From positions 1-53,876 of the forward strand of contig JAVYKI010000001.1 of the NCBI GenBank assembly GCA_038742305.1: DNA of 53,876 nt. Direction: 5' to 3'. The translations under genes were made by a program, and so were the position numbers. Origin of the DNA: Candidatus Aenigmatarchaeota archaeon. GTDB taxonomy: Archaea > Aenigmatarchaeota > Aenigmatarchaeia > CG10238-14 > SpSt-28. The notes below the pieces were generated by a model. It did no database searches. It saw only the letters and a list, made by a program, of their open reading frames with translations, and had not been told where the DNA came from. Of this stretch, positions 1-8,084 are shown piece after piece (position 1 is the stretch's first letter; each line of letters begins with the position of its first letter).

Positions 1-364
1 CTAAACTTTTAAATTTTAAATATACTCTTCTAATTTCTTTTAACTCTTCAATTATTTTATTTAATAAAGCTTCGTTACTTTCTATTCTTGCATTTATTAC
101 TTCGATTTTTGAATAAAATTCGTTAAATTTCCTCAGTATTTCTTCTGGCTTAAGTTCTTCTGCAATTTTTAAAGTTTTTTCGATAGAAACTTTTAACTCG
201 TTAAGCTCTTTTTCCTTATCAACTAAAGAGCTTCTAATTTCTCCTATTTTTTCATTAAGAAAAGAAATTCTATTGTTTAGCTCTTCTTTTAATTTTATTA
301 ATACATCAACTTTAGCTTTTATTTTTTCAACATCTACCTTTAAATTTTTTAAGTCTTTATCCAT
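1..364 (-). CDS. coiled-coil protein, 3' end cut by window edge
   Basis: ATG at 364-362 (minus) opens a frame that stays open to base 1: MDKDLKNLKVDVEKIKAKVDVLIKLKEELNNRISFLNEKIGEIRSSLVDKEKELNELK... The sequence is K/E/L-rich and heptad-like. It is absent from the ORF track because no stop lies inside the window. Confidence 0.5.
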   Translation of the reverse strand, partial: MDKDLKNLKVDVEKIKAKVDVLIKLKEELNNRISFLNEKIGEIRSSLVDKEKELNELKVSIEKTLKIAEELKPEEILRKFNEFYSKIEVINARIESNEALLNKIIEELKEIRRVYLKFKSL

Positions 365-414
365 AATATTTATTATCAAAGTTTATAATTAATGTTTTTA
401 AAGCTCTATAATTC

Positions 415-609
415 TTATCTTCTTACTTTTAAAAATTCTTCTATTTCTTTTTCTTTTAACTTAAAACGTTTTTGATAAAATTTAATAATTTCATATAAAC
501 TTTCTTTTTCAATTTTTACTTTTACTTTTTCTCCTTCTTTTAAATCTAATTTCTTTAAAGGTTTTAGAACTCCTTTTTTGTATATCGCTTCTATTTCTAT
601 TGCCGTAAT
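415..609 (-). CDS. AF2212/DUF104-like antitoxin-type small protein, no canonical start codon
   Basis: The minus frame reads ITAIEIEAIYKKGVLKPLKKLDLKEGEKVKVKIEKE...KVRR*. This matches the IEAxYxxGVxKPLxxxxLxEGxxVxI signature of that family. The frame opens right after a TAG and offers only ATT/ATA as starts. No PIN-type partner is adjacent. Confidence 0.4.
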   Translation of the reverse strand: MTAIEIEAIYKKGVLKPLKKLDLKEGEKVKVKIEKESLYEIIKFYQKRFKLKEKEIEEFLKVRR

Positions 610-797
610 TAAACTAGCTCTTTTATTCTTTTTATTCTAAAAGCAATTTAATTAATTTAAGCTCTACTCTAATATCCTTTTAACTATTCAGAACAAACAA
701 AATATTATCTTTTCTTTCTTCTAAAAACTTTTTCAAGCATCTTTCTTAGTCTTTCTTTTATGTTCTTCTATTACATTAGCTGAACCTACTATCGCAA

Positions 798-1115
798 TTA
801 AATCAGCTTGTAATCTTTAATAAAATTTAGATAAAAATTTTCTTCATCTTCATAAATTACGTGAAATTCAAATTTTCTATTTCTTATATTTTTCCTTAAT
901 TCTAGCAAAACTTCTATTCTATTAAAATTCTTAGGAATAACAAACAAAATATCTACATCGCTTCCAGCTAAAGCTTCATTTTTTAAATATGAACCAAACA
1001 AATAAACTTTTGCACTATACTTTTTTGCAATCTCTTTTATTTTTTCAAAGTACTTTTCTTTATTTTTTTCAAAATCTTCGTTTTCTCTTTTCAAAATTTC
1101 TAAATATTCAAGCAT
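798..1115 (-). CDS. minimal nucleotidyltransferase (MNT), partner of HEPN
   Basis: NTase motif LFGSYLKNEALAGSDVDILFV. 105 aa. Overlaps the upstream HEPN gene by 16 nt. Confidence 0.75.
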   Translation of the reverse strand: MLEYLEILKRENEDFEKNKEKYFEKIKEIAKKYSAKVYLFGSYLKNEALAGSDVDILFVIPKNFNRIEVLLELRKNIRNRKFEFHVIYEDEENFYLNFIKDYKLI

Positions 1116-1468
1116 TTTATTATTTCTTCTACAAATTCTATAGCTTCTTTTAGCTCTTTTTCTCCATATTCTCTTGGCAAATATCTAGAAGCAATATATG
1201 CATCATTTAAAATTTCTATTATATACCATTTTTCTTCTGCAAGCTTTTTTACTTTTTCATTATCAATTTTTTCAAATAGTATTTTTAAATCATGAATTTT
1301 AGGAAAATCTCCAAAGTTTTTTAGTAAAAAAGCTTTTAAAGCTAGTTGCAAAGCTTGCTCTACATGAAACATTCCAACATCAAACTTTTTATTTTTCAAA
1401 TCTTCTTTAAAAATTTCTAAAAAATATAAACTTCTTTCTTTTAACTTTTCAAAAAAATACTTCTCCAT
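1100..1468 (-). CDS. HEPN domain protein
   Basis: VEQALQLALKAFLL...FPKIHDL...DAYIASRYLP pattern typical of small HEPN proteins. Paired with the MNT gene. Confidence 0.7.
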   Translation of the reverse strand: MEKYFFEKLKERSLYFLEIFKEDLKNKKFDVGMFHVEQALQLALKAFLLKNFGDFPKIHDLKILFEKIDNEKVKKLAEEKWYIIEILNDAYIASRYLPREYGEKELKEAIEFVEEIIKCLNI

Positions 1469-1500
1469 AAAAAATAAATTTAAATCGATAAAATAATACT

Positions 1501-3699
1501 ATGGCAAAATCAATGATAGAAAGGATTAAAGAAATAATGAATGATCCAGAAAGAATTAGAAATGTTGCTACTTCTAGTCATGTGCATCATGGGAAGACTA
1601 CTTTAACTGATAACTTAATGGCTGGTGCTGGAATGCTTGCAGAAGAAATGGCAGGAAAAGTTATGTATACTTGGTTTGATGAGCAAGAAAGAGAGAGACA
1701 ACTAACAATTTATGGGGCAAACGTTTCTATGGTTCATGAATACAAAGGAAAAGATTATTTAATAAATTTGGTTGATACTCCTGGGCATGTAGATTTTGGC
1801 GGAGATGTAACAAGAGCTATGAGAGCTGTAGATGGAACAATAGTTTTAGTTTGTGCAGTAGAAGGCATAATGCCTCAAACTGAAACAGTTTTTAGACAAG
1901 CTTTAAGAGAAAGAGTTAAACCTGTATTATTTATAAATAAAGTAGATAGGCTAATAAAAGAAGTAAAGCTTACTCCTCAACAAATGATGGAAAGGTTTGA
2001 AAGATTAATAAAAGAGGTTAACCTTTTAATTCAAAAATATGCAGAGCCAGAATTTAGAGAAAAATGGTATGTTGCAGTTCAAAATGGAAGCGTTGCTTTT
2101 GGCTCAGCAAAACAAAGATGGGCAATTTCTTTGCCTTATATGCAAGAAACTGGAATATCTTTTAAAGAAATAATTCAGCTTGCCCAAGAAGAAAGATATG
2201 ATGAATTAGCAAAAATTGCTCCTTTGCATAAAGTTGTTTTAGATATGATAGTTAGACATTTACCAAGCCCAAAAGAAGCAATTAAATATAGATTATCAAA
2301 AATTTGGACTGGAGATTTAAACAGTCCTTATGCTAAAGATATGTTAGAAGTTAATCCTAATGGAAGGCTTGCTGCAATTGTTACAAAAGTTGTTCCTGAC
2401 CCACATGTTGGATTTGTTGCAACAGTAAGAATATTTAGCGGAAAGCTTTACAAAGGTAAAGATATTTACATGATTACTAATAATAAAGTTGCTAAAGTTC
2501 AGCAAGTTGCAGTTTATAAAGGAATACAAAGAATTCCGGTAGATGAAATTGTTGCTGGAAATATTGCTGCAGTAGTAGGAATTCCAGAAGCATTTACTGG
2601 AGAAAGCTTATGCGAGCCAAATGAAATAATGGCTCCATTTGTTGAAATAAAGCATATATTTGAGCCTGTAGTAACCAAAGCAATTGAACCAAAAAATCCT
2701 CAAGAATTAACAAAACTTATTGAAGCTTTGCAAAAAATTGCGAAAGAGGATAGTGTATTAAAAGTTAAAATAAATCAAGAAACTGGAGAATATTTAGTTA
2801 GTGGTTTAGGGGAATTACATTTAGAAGCAAAAGTTGAAAGAAAGTTGAAGGAAATGGGATTTGATATAATAATGTCTGCGCCAGTAGTAGTTTATAGAGA
2901 AGTTCCAAAAAGTAAAAGCGAAGTTGTAGAAGCAAAAAGTCCAAACAAGCATAATAGATTTTATATTGTTGTTGAACCATTAGAAGATGGAGTATATGAA
3001 GCTTTTGTTAGAGGAGAGTTAGAAGAGCATATGTATTTAAAAACAAAAAAAGACCCAAAACTAATAGAAAAATTAATTAGTTTGGGAATGGATAGAGAAG
3101 ATGCAAAAAATGTTGTTGCAATTCATGGAAGAAATGTTTTAATAGATTTAACTAAAGGAGTGCAATTTATGAATGAAGTTATTGAAATGGTAATTAGAGG
3201 TTTTGAGGAAGCTATGGAAGACGGTCCTTTAGCTAGAGAGCCTATTGCAAAAGCGAAAGTTAAAATAGTTGATGCAGAATTGCATGAAGATCCAGTTCAC
3301 AGAGGGCCTGCACAAATAATACCTACTGTAAAATTTGGAATATTAAAAGCAATGCTTTTAGCAAATTCAACATTATACGAACCAAAACAAATAATTAGAA
3401 TTGATGTTCCTTATGAATTAGTTGGAGATATAATTAATGAATTGCAAAGAAGAAGGGCTCAAGTTTTAGAAATAAAAGAAGAAAGCGGAGCAGGAATAAT
3501 AATTACAAAAATACCTGTTTCAGAAAGCTTTGGTTTAGATGCTGCTTTAAAAAGTGTTAGTAGCGGAAGAGCATTTTACAGCATTATGGAAATAACTTAT
3601 GAAGAATTGCCAAAAGAACTTTTTGAAACTACAGTTAAAAGTATTAGAAAGAGAAAAGGATTAAAAGAAGAAATTCCAAAGCCAGAAGACTTTATCTAA
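1501..3699 (+). CDS. fusA: translation elongation factor 2 (aEF-2)
   Basis: GTPase motifs HVHHGKTTLTDNL, DTPGHVDF and NKVDR. Diphthamide-loop context ELHEDPVHRGPAQ. 732 aa. Confidence 0.97.
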   Translation: MAKSMIERIKEIMNDPERIRNVATSSHVHHGKTTLTDNLMAGAGMLAEEMAGKVMYTWFDEQERERQLTIYGANVSMVHEYKGKDYLINLVDTPGHVDFGGDVTRAMRAVDGTIVLVCAVEGIMPQTETVFRQALRERVKPVLFINKVDRLIKEVKLTPQQMMERFERLIKEVNLLIQKYAEPEFREKWYVAVQNGSVAFGSAKQRWAISLPYMQETGISFKEIIQLAQEERYDELAKIAPLHKVVLDMIVRHLPSPKEAIKYRLSKIWTGDLNSPYAKDMLEVNPNGRLAAIVTKVVPDPHVGFVATVRIFSGKLYKGKDIYMITNNKVAKVQQVAVYKGIQRIPVDEIVAGNIAAVVGIPEAFTGESLCEPNEIMAPFVEIKHIFEPVVTKAIEPKNPQELTKLIEALQKIAKEDSVLKVKINQETGEYLVSGLGELHLEAKVERKLKEMGFDIIMSAPVVVYREVPKSKSEVVEAKSPNKHNRFYIVVEPLEDGVYEAFVRGELEEHMYLKTKKDPKLIEKLISLGMDREDAKNVVAIHGRNVLIDLTKGVQFMNEVIEMVIRGFEEAMEDGPLAREPIAKAKVKIVDAELHEDPVHRGPAQIIPTVKFGILKAMLLANSTLYEPKQIIRIDVPYELVGDIINELQRRRAQVLEIKEESGAGIIITKIPVSESFGLDAALKSVSSGRAFYSIMEITYEELPKELFETTVKSIRKRKGLKEEIPKPEDFI

Positions 3700-3895
3700 T
3701 TGCAGCTAAAACATCTTCTTTTTTCAATGTTTTCCTTCTTGCAGCTTTTGAAATTTCTATAGCAAGGCTTGCAATTTCTTTACTATAAATTTCTATAAAA
3801 TTTTTTATTTCCTCTATAGCTTCTTTACTAATTCTCATTTTATAAATTTTAGCAATCCTTTTTATAGTATTTGTAGGAAAAGAATTTATGGACAT
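3692..3895 (-). CDS. archaeal histone (histone-fold protein)
   Basis: 67 aa. FPTNTIKRIAK..RISKEAIEEIKNFIEIYSKEIASLAIEISKAARRKTLKKEDVLAAI matches the HMf-type histone-fold pattern. Confidence 0.8.
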   Translation of the reverse strand: MSINSFPTNTIKRIAKIYKMRISKEAIEEIKNFIEIYSKEIASLAIEISKAARRKTLKKEDVLAAIR

Positions 3896-4298
3896 AATAT
3901 CATTTACTTTGAATGCATTAATTGTAATAGGTTTAGCGAGATTAATCGGTTTTGAAAGAGAGTATAGAGGAAAAGTTGCTGGAATAAGAACTCATATGAT
4001 TGTTGCATTAGCTGCTTATTTATTTACTGTAACGGCATTAAGCTATTTTGATAAACAAGATGCAGCAAGAATTATAGCTAACATTTTAGTTGGAATGGGA
4101 TTTATTGGGGCTGGAGTAATAATTAAAGAAGAAAATAGAGTAATTGGAGTAACTACTGCAGCAACTCTTTGGTTTAGTGCAGCAATAGGAGCTGCAATAG
4201 GTTTAGGATTTGTAGAATTTAGCATTATATCTACTTTAATAGTTTTAATTTTATTATTAATTAAATCTTTAGAAAGAAAATTAATCCATGGTAGTTAG
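3888..4298 (+). CDS. MgtC/SapB family membrane protein
   Basis: LARLIGFEREYRGKVAGIRTHMIVALAAYLF plus several TM helices, as in MgtC family N-terminal domains. Confidence 0.8.
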   Translation: MDIISFTLNALIVIGLARLIGFEREYRGKVAGIRTHMIVALAAYLFTVTALSYFDKQDAARIIANILVGMGFIGAGVIIKEENRVIGVTTAATLWFSAAIGAAIGLGFVEFSIISTLIVLILLLIKSLERKLIHGS

Positions 4299-4719
4299 AT
4301 TCAAAAAGAAAAGGAGAAGAGGAGAAAGAACGTATCATGGAAGACATGGTTATCCTAGAGGCGGCGGCTCAAGAGGAGGAAGAGGTAATGCTGGATTACA
4401 TAAGCACAAATGGCTTCATACAATTAAATATATGCCAGACCATTTTGGAAAAGAAGGCTTTAGAAATCCTAACAAGAGAAAAATAAAAGTTATTAGTTTA
4501 AGAGAGCTTGAAGAAAAAATAGAGGAATTTATTAAAAACGGATATGCAATAGAAAAAAACGGAAAAATTGAAGTTTTTTTAAATAAAGCTGGTTATGATA
4601 AATTAATTTCGAGCTCTATAAAACTAAGCAGGAAATATATTATACATATTCCACATGCTTCTGAAAAAACCATTAATAAAATTAAAAGTTTTGGAAGCGA
4701 AATAATAATTGAAAAATGA
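4288..4719 (+). CDS. rpl15: ribosomal protein uL15
   Basis: Basic Gly-rich N-terminus RRRGERTYHGRHGYPRGGGSRGGRGNAGLHKHKW. Sits immediately upstream of secY, as in the conserved archaeal operon. Confidence 0.85.
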   Translation: MVVRFKKKRRRGERTYHGRHGYPRGGGSRGGRGNAGLHKHKWLHTIKYMPDHFGKEGFRNPNKRKIKVISLRELEEKIEEFIKNGYAIEKNGKIEVFLNKAGYDKLISSSIKLSRKYIIHIPHASEKTINKIKSFGSEIIIEK

Positions 4720-6119
4720 TAGAAAAGATTGCAAATTATATTCCTGTTATTGAAAAACCAAAAACAAGTTTAACTTTAAGAGATAAATTTAAGTGGTTTT
4801 TAATAATTGTTGCTCTTTATTCCTTGCTTAGTAATATAGAAACGATTGGAGTTTCCCCACTAGTTTCACAAGATCCAATAACTTATTATTTTTCTTTATT
4901 ATTAGGAGCAAGAATTGGTTCAATTTTTTCTTTAGGTATTGCACCTTTAATTACTGCAGGAATAATTTTACATGTATTAACTTCTTCAAAAATATTAAAT
5001 TTAGATTTGCAGAATCCAGAAGATAGAAAAAAATATGAAAATTATGAAAAGGTTTTGGCTTTGTTTTTTGGTATAGTAGAAGCTTTTATAATTATTTATT
5101 CTGGATATTTGCCTATATTGCCTGGCTTTACTTTCATTGTTTTTCTTCAACTGTTGCTAGGAGTTTTTCTAATATTAATTTTCCATAGCCTTGCAAAAAA
5201 ATATACTTTTGGAGCTGGAATAATTAACATTGCTATTTTTAGCGGAGTGGCAACTCAGCTTATAATATTTTTATTTAGTCCTTATGCACTAACTACTTCA
5301 GGCTTTGTTCTTTGGTTCAAAGAAAATGAAATACCTTCGGGGCATGTTCTTCAATTAATAATTTCCCTTTTAAATAAAGATTTAAATCTTTTTGTTTTAG
5401 CAATAGTCCCTATAATATCTACTTTAGCAATTGTTTTATTAACACTTTATTTGCTAAATTCAAAAATATACGTTGGTTCTTTAGAATTTAAAATGATGAG
5501 AAGCATTAAGCAACCTTTCGAGCTTAATCTTTTATATGTAAGTGTTTTACCAATAATTTTTGCTTCTTCTTTTCTAGTTATCCTCAGCTTTGCAGCTTCA
5601 TCTACTTTAACTATCCAAACCGGAAATTTAAGATGTGGAATTTTTGGATGTGTAGATTTGAACGGAAATCCTGTAAGCGGATTAATTTATTATATTACTC
5701 CTCCCAATCCTATTTATGCTACTCAAGAACCTCTAAAAGAAGTTACAAGAGCTATAATTTACTTTTTGCTTTTAACAGCTTTAACTACTATTTTCGGATT
5801 TATGTGGGTTTATAGTGCAGGAATGGACCCAAAAACTGTTGCTGAAAATTTAGTAAATAGCGGAATGACGATCAGCGGTTTAAGAGATAATCCTTCAATA
5901 TTAGAAAATTTCCTGAAAAATTATATACCATACTTAACATTTTTAAGCTGCTTTTTAATTTCTTTAATAGCAATTTTAGCAGATTTACTTGGAGCATTGG
6001 GAGGAAGAAGCGGAGTAAGCTTGTTCTTATTAGTTTCAGTAATTTATAGCTTCCATATGATACTAAAGAGAGAAAAATCAGAAAACATACCAAAAGCTCT
6101 AGAATATTTTATTAAATGA
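4716..6119 (+). CDS. secY: preprotein translocase subunit SecY
   Basis: 467 aa with about 10 TM segments. Position after uL15. Start overlaps the uL15 stop (ATGA). Confidence 0.9.
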   Translation: MIEKIANYIPVIEKPKTSLTLRDKFKWFLIIVALYSLLSNIETIGVSPLVSQDPITYYFSLLLGARIGSIFSLGIAPLITAGIILHVLTSSKILNLDLQNPEDRKKYENYEKVLALFFGIVEAFIIIYSGYLPILPGFTFIVFLQLLLGVFLILIFHSLAKKYTFGAGIINIAIFSGVATQLIIFLFSPYALTTSGFVLWFKENEIPSGHVLQLIISLLNKDLNLFVLAIVPIISTLAIVLLTLYLLNSKIYVGSLEFKMMRSIKQPFELNLLYVSVLPIIFASSFLVILSFAASSTLTIQTGNLRCGIFGCVDLNGNPVSGLIYYITPPNPIYATQEPLKEVTRAIIYFLLLTALTTIFGFMWVYSAGMDPKTVAENLVNSGMTISGLRDNPSILENFLKNYIPYLTFLSCFLISLIAILADLLGALGGRSGVSLFLLVSVIYSFHMILKREKSENIPKALEYFIK

Positions 6120-6469
6120 AGTTTTTTATTCTTTTTTTGATAGCTTTACTTTCTTCTTTAACAGTTTTTCTTTTCAATTATTTTTTACAAAAAAATAAGA
6201 GAATAACTAAGTTAAGAGAAGAGCTAGAAAAATTAAAAATTAAAAGAAGTAATCAAGCATTAAATTTACTAAAAGAATATGTAAAACTTTTGTCGCTTTA
6301 CTCTATTATTCTTATAGCTTTTAATACTGTAATCTTTTTTCTTGCTTGGCTTTATCTTGAGAATTTAAAAATAATCTTACCTAAGTTTTTTGAAATTTCT
6401 TGGCAATACTTTTATGTTTTTGCTTCTTTTACAATTTTAAAAATATTTAATGAAATAATAAAAATATAA
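6116..6469 (+). CDS. small 3-TM membrane protein, possibly a miniaturised DUF106/YidC-like insertase
   Basis: Architecture is TM1, then a charged coiled segment (KLREELEKLKIKRSNQALNLLKEY), then TM2 and TM3. It occupies the slot after secY where archaea such as M. jannaschii encode the DUF106 protein (after adk). The functional call rests on architecture and synteny only. Confidence 0.35.
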   Translation: MKFFILFLIALLSSLTVFLFNYFLQKNKRITKLREELEKLKIKRSNQALNLLKEYVKLLSLYSIILIAFNTVIFFLAWLYLENLKIILPKFFEISWQYFYVFASFTILKIFNEIIKI

Positions 6470-6672
6470 TGAGAAAGAAAAAGCTATACAATTATCCAAA
6501 GTGTGCAGTATGCAAAAAAGTACTTCATGGAATTCCTAGAGCAAATAAGCTTAGAAGGCTTAATAAAAGCCAAAAAAGGGTTTCAAGAATTTTTGGTGGA
6601 TATCTTTGCTCAAAATGTTCTAGAGAAGTTATAAAAGAAAGAGCTAGGAAATTAGCGTCCAAACTCCTTTAA
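6469..6672 (+). CDS. rpl34e: ribosomal protein eL34
   Basis: PKCAVCKKVLHGIP...KRVSRIFGGYLCSKCSREVI matches the L34e zinc-ribbon-like signature. Confidence 0.85.
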   Translation: MRKKKLYNYPKCAVCKKVLHGIPRANKLRRLNKSQKRVSRIFGGYLCSKCSREVIKERARKLASKLL

Positions 6673-6779
6673 AAAGAATAAGTAATCCTATTATTATAAA
6701 TAAAAATTCTTTTGGAGCAAAAATTAAAATTATTATTCCTGCCAAAATATCTAAAATTCCTAAAAAAAGTAAAAATAAG

Positions 6780-8051
6780 TTACTCATTTTTCTTTTTACT
6801 TAAATATTTCTTCAAAGCATAGCTCAAAGGATTTCTTATTAGCCTACAAAATTCATCTGGCATGCAAACTCCATAATCTTTATAAAAAACTGGATGGTCA
6901 CAATTAGGAGGTAAAAGTTCTCTATTTTGTCTTAAATGCCATCTAAATTGAGTTCTTATTATTCCTTCTCTTAAAGGTGGTTTATTTCTTTTATTCCATT
7001 CTTCCAAAATTTTTTCAATTTCTTCCATAGTATAGCCAACGTTCCTTAAAAAAGTTATTAAAACAAAAATGCTCCTGTTTCTACCATCTTGCAATCCAGT
7101 CAAAATATTTTTTATGCAAGGAGGAAAATATTCTTCGGGAATTTTAGCAATTTTTCTTTTTCTAATTTCTTCTTTCATTTCCTTTATTTCAACTTCTATT
7201 CCTTTTCTCTCTATCCAATCAATTGCTTGATAAACTAAAATTTCTGCATCATTTTTAAACTTTTTAATCTTAATAACTTCTTTTACTTCATTAGGATTAG
7301 CAAAAGATTTTTTAAAGTTTAAAATTTCTTTATCATCTATTGGCAAACTTACTAAATAAGTTTTTTCGTTTAAAGAATATGGCATTCTAAATAAGTGTCT
7401 TAATCCAAAAACATCTATGTTAACAACTTTAAACGGGTCCAATTTATTTTCTGAATAAATTTCTGAAATTTGCTTTTTTACTCTTTCTGCAATTTCTTTA
7501 GGATTTCCAATAATTTCTATTAAATTTTTTCTTAGCTCTTCTTCTGTTTCATGTTTTATATATTCTATTAAACTTCTAGAAATTTCTAAATATTGTTTTG
7601 CAACATTTCTATTTCCAATTTTTTCTGGAAAACTCTCGAAAAAAATTATTATGTGAAAGCTATCTCCACCAGTAAATTTAACTAAATAACTTTTTACTCC
7701 ATAGTTTTTTATTGTTTGAATTAAGCATTTTGTTGCAATTTTAGCAATTTCAAAGTCTTTAACATCAACATCTATAACTAAATCCCACCCGATTCTCAGA
7801 TTATCAAATTCTTCTTTAAGCATTCCAGCACTTAATAACATAGGATTTTCAAATCTTTCTGCTGTGCAATGAAAAGCTATCGCACCTTCTTCAACTTTAG
7901 AAATTACATCAGCGCTACTCAATAATACATCTGGCCTTTCTCCATATTTTCCGTCTTTGTATACACTTACAACTTCTCTGTTTTTACCGAATTCTACTAA
8001 AAATTCTTGAATTTCTTTTCTAGAATAATATTCTTTTACTATGTTTAACAT
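6780..8051 (-). CDS. DNA primase, PriS catalytic domain fused to a PriL-type Fe-S C-terminal domain
   Basis: The N-terminal part has DLVIDVDV (catalytic DxD) and FTGGDSFHIIIF. The C-terminal ~120 aa has PPCIKNIL...PPNCDHP...YGVCMPDEFC, the four-Cys pattern of the PriL C-terminal domain. Confidence 0.85.
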   Translation of the reverse strand: MLNIVKEYYSRKEIQEFLVEFGKNREVVSVYKDGKYGERPDVLLSSADVISKVEEGAIAFHCTAERFENPMLLSAGMLKEEFDNLRIGWDLVIDVDVKDFEIAKIATKCLIQTIKNYGVKSYLVKFTGGDSFHIIIFFESFPEKIGNRNVAKQYLEISRSLIEYIKHETEEELRKNLIEIIGNPKEIAERVKKQISEIYSENKLDPFKVVNIDVFGLRHLFRMPYSLNEKTYLVSLPIDDKEILNFKKSFANPNEVKEVIKIKKFKNDAEILVYQAIDWIERKGIEVEIKEMKEEIRKRKIAKIPEEYFPPCIKNILTGLQDGRNRSIFVLITFLRNVGYTMEEIEKILEEWNKRNKPPLREGIIRTQFRWHLRQNRELLPPNCDHPVFYKDYGVCMPDEFCRLIRNPLSYALKKYLSKKKNE

Positions 8052-8084
8052 ATAAAAAGCTTAAAAAGAATTAATTTATATAAA

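Noticed and set aside
2344-2980. Track ORFs 2344..2529 and 2798..2980 on the minus strand
   Set aside because: They are antisense to the unambiguous aEF-2 gene. The translations are low-complexity and typical of AT-rich shadow frames.
4043-6093. Track ORFs 4043..4225(-), 5633..5815(+) and 5872..6093(-)
   Set aside because: They are embedded in or antisense to the MgtC-family and SecY genes. No motifs; shadow ORFs.
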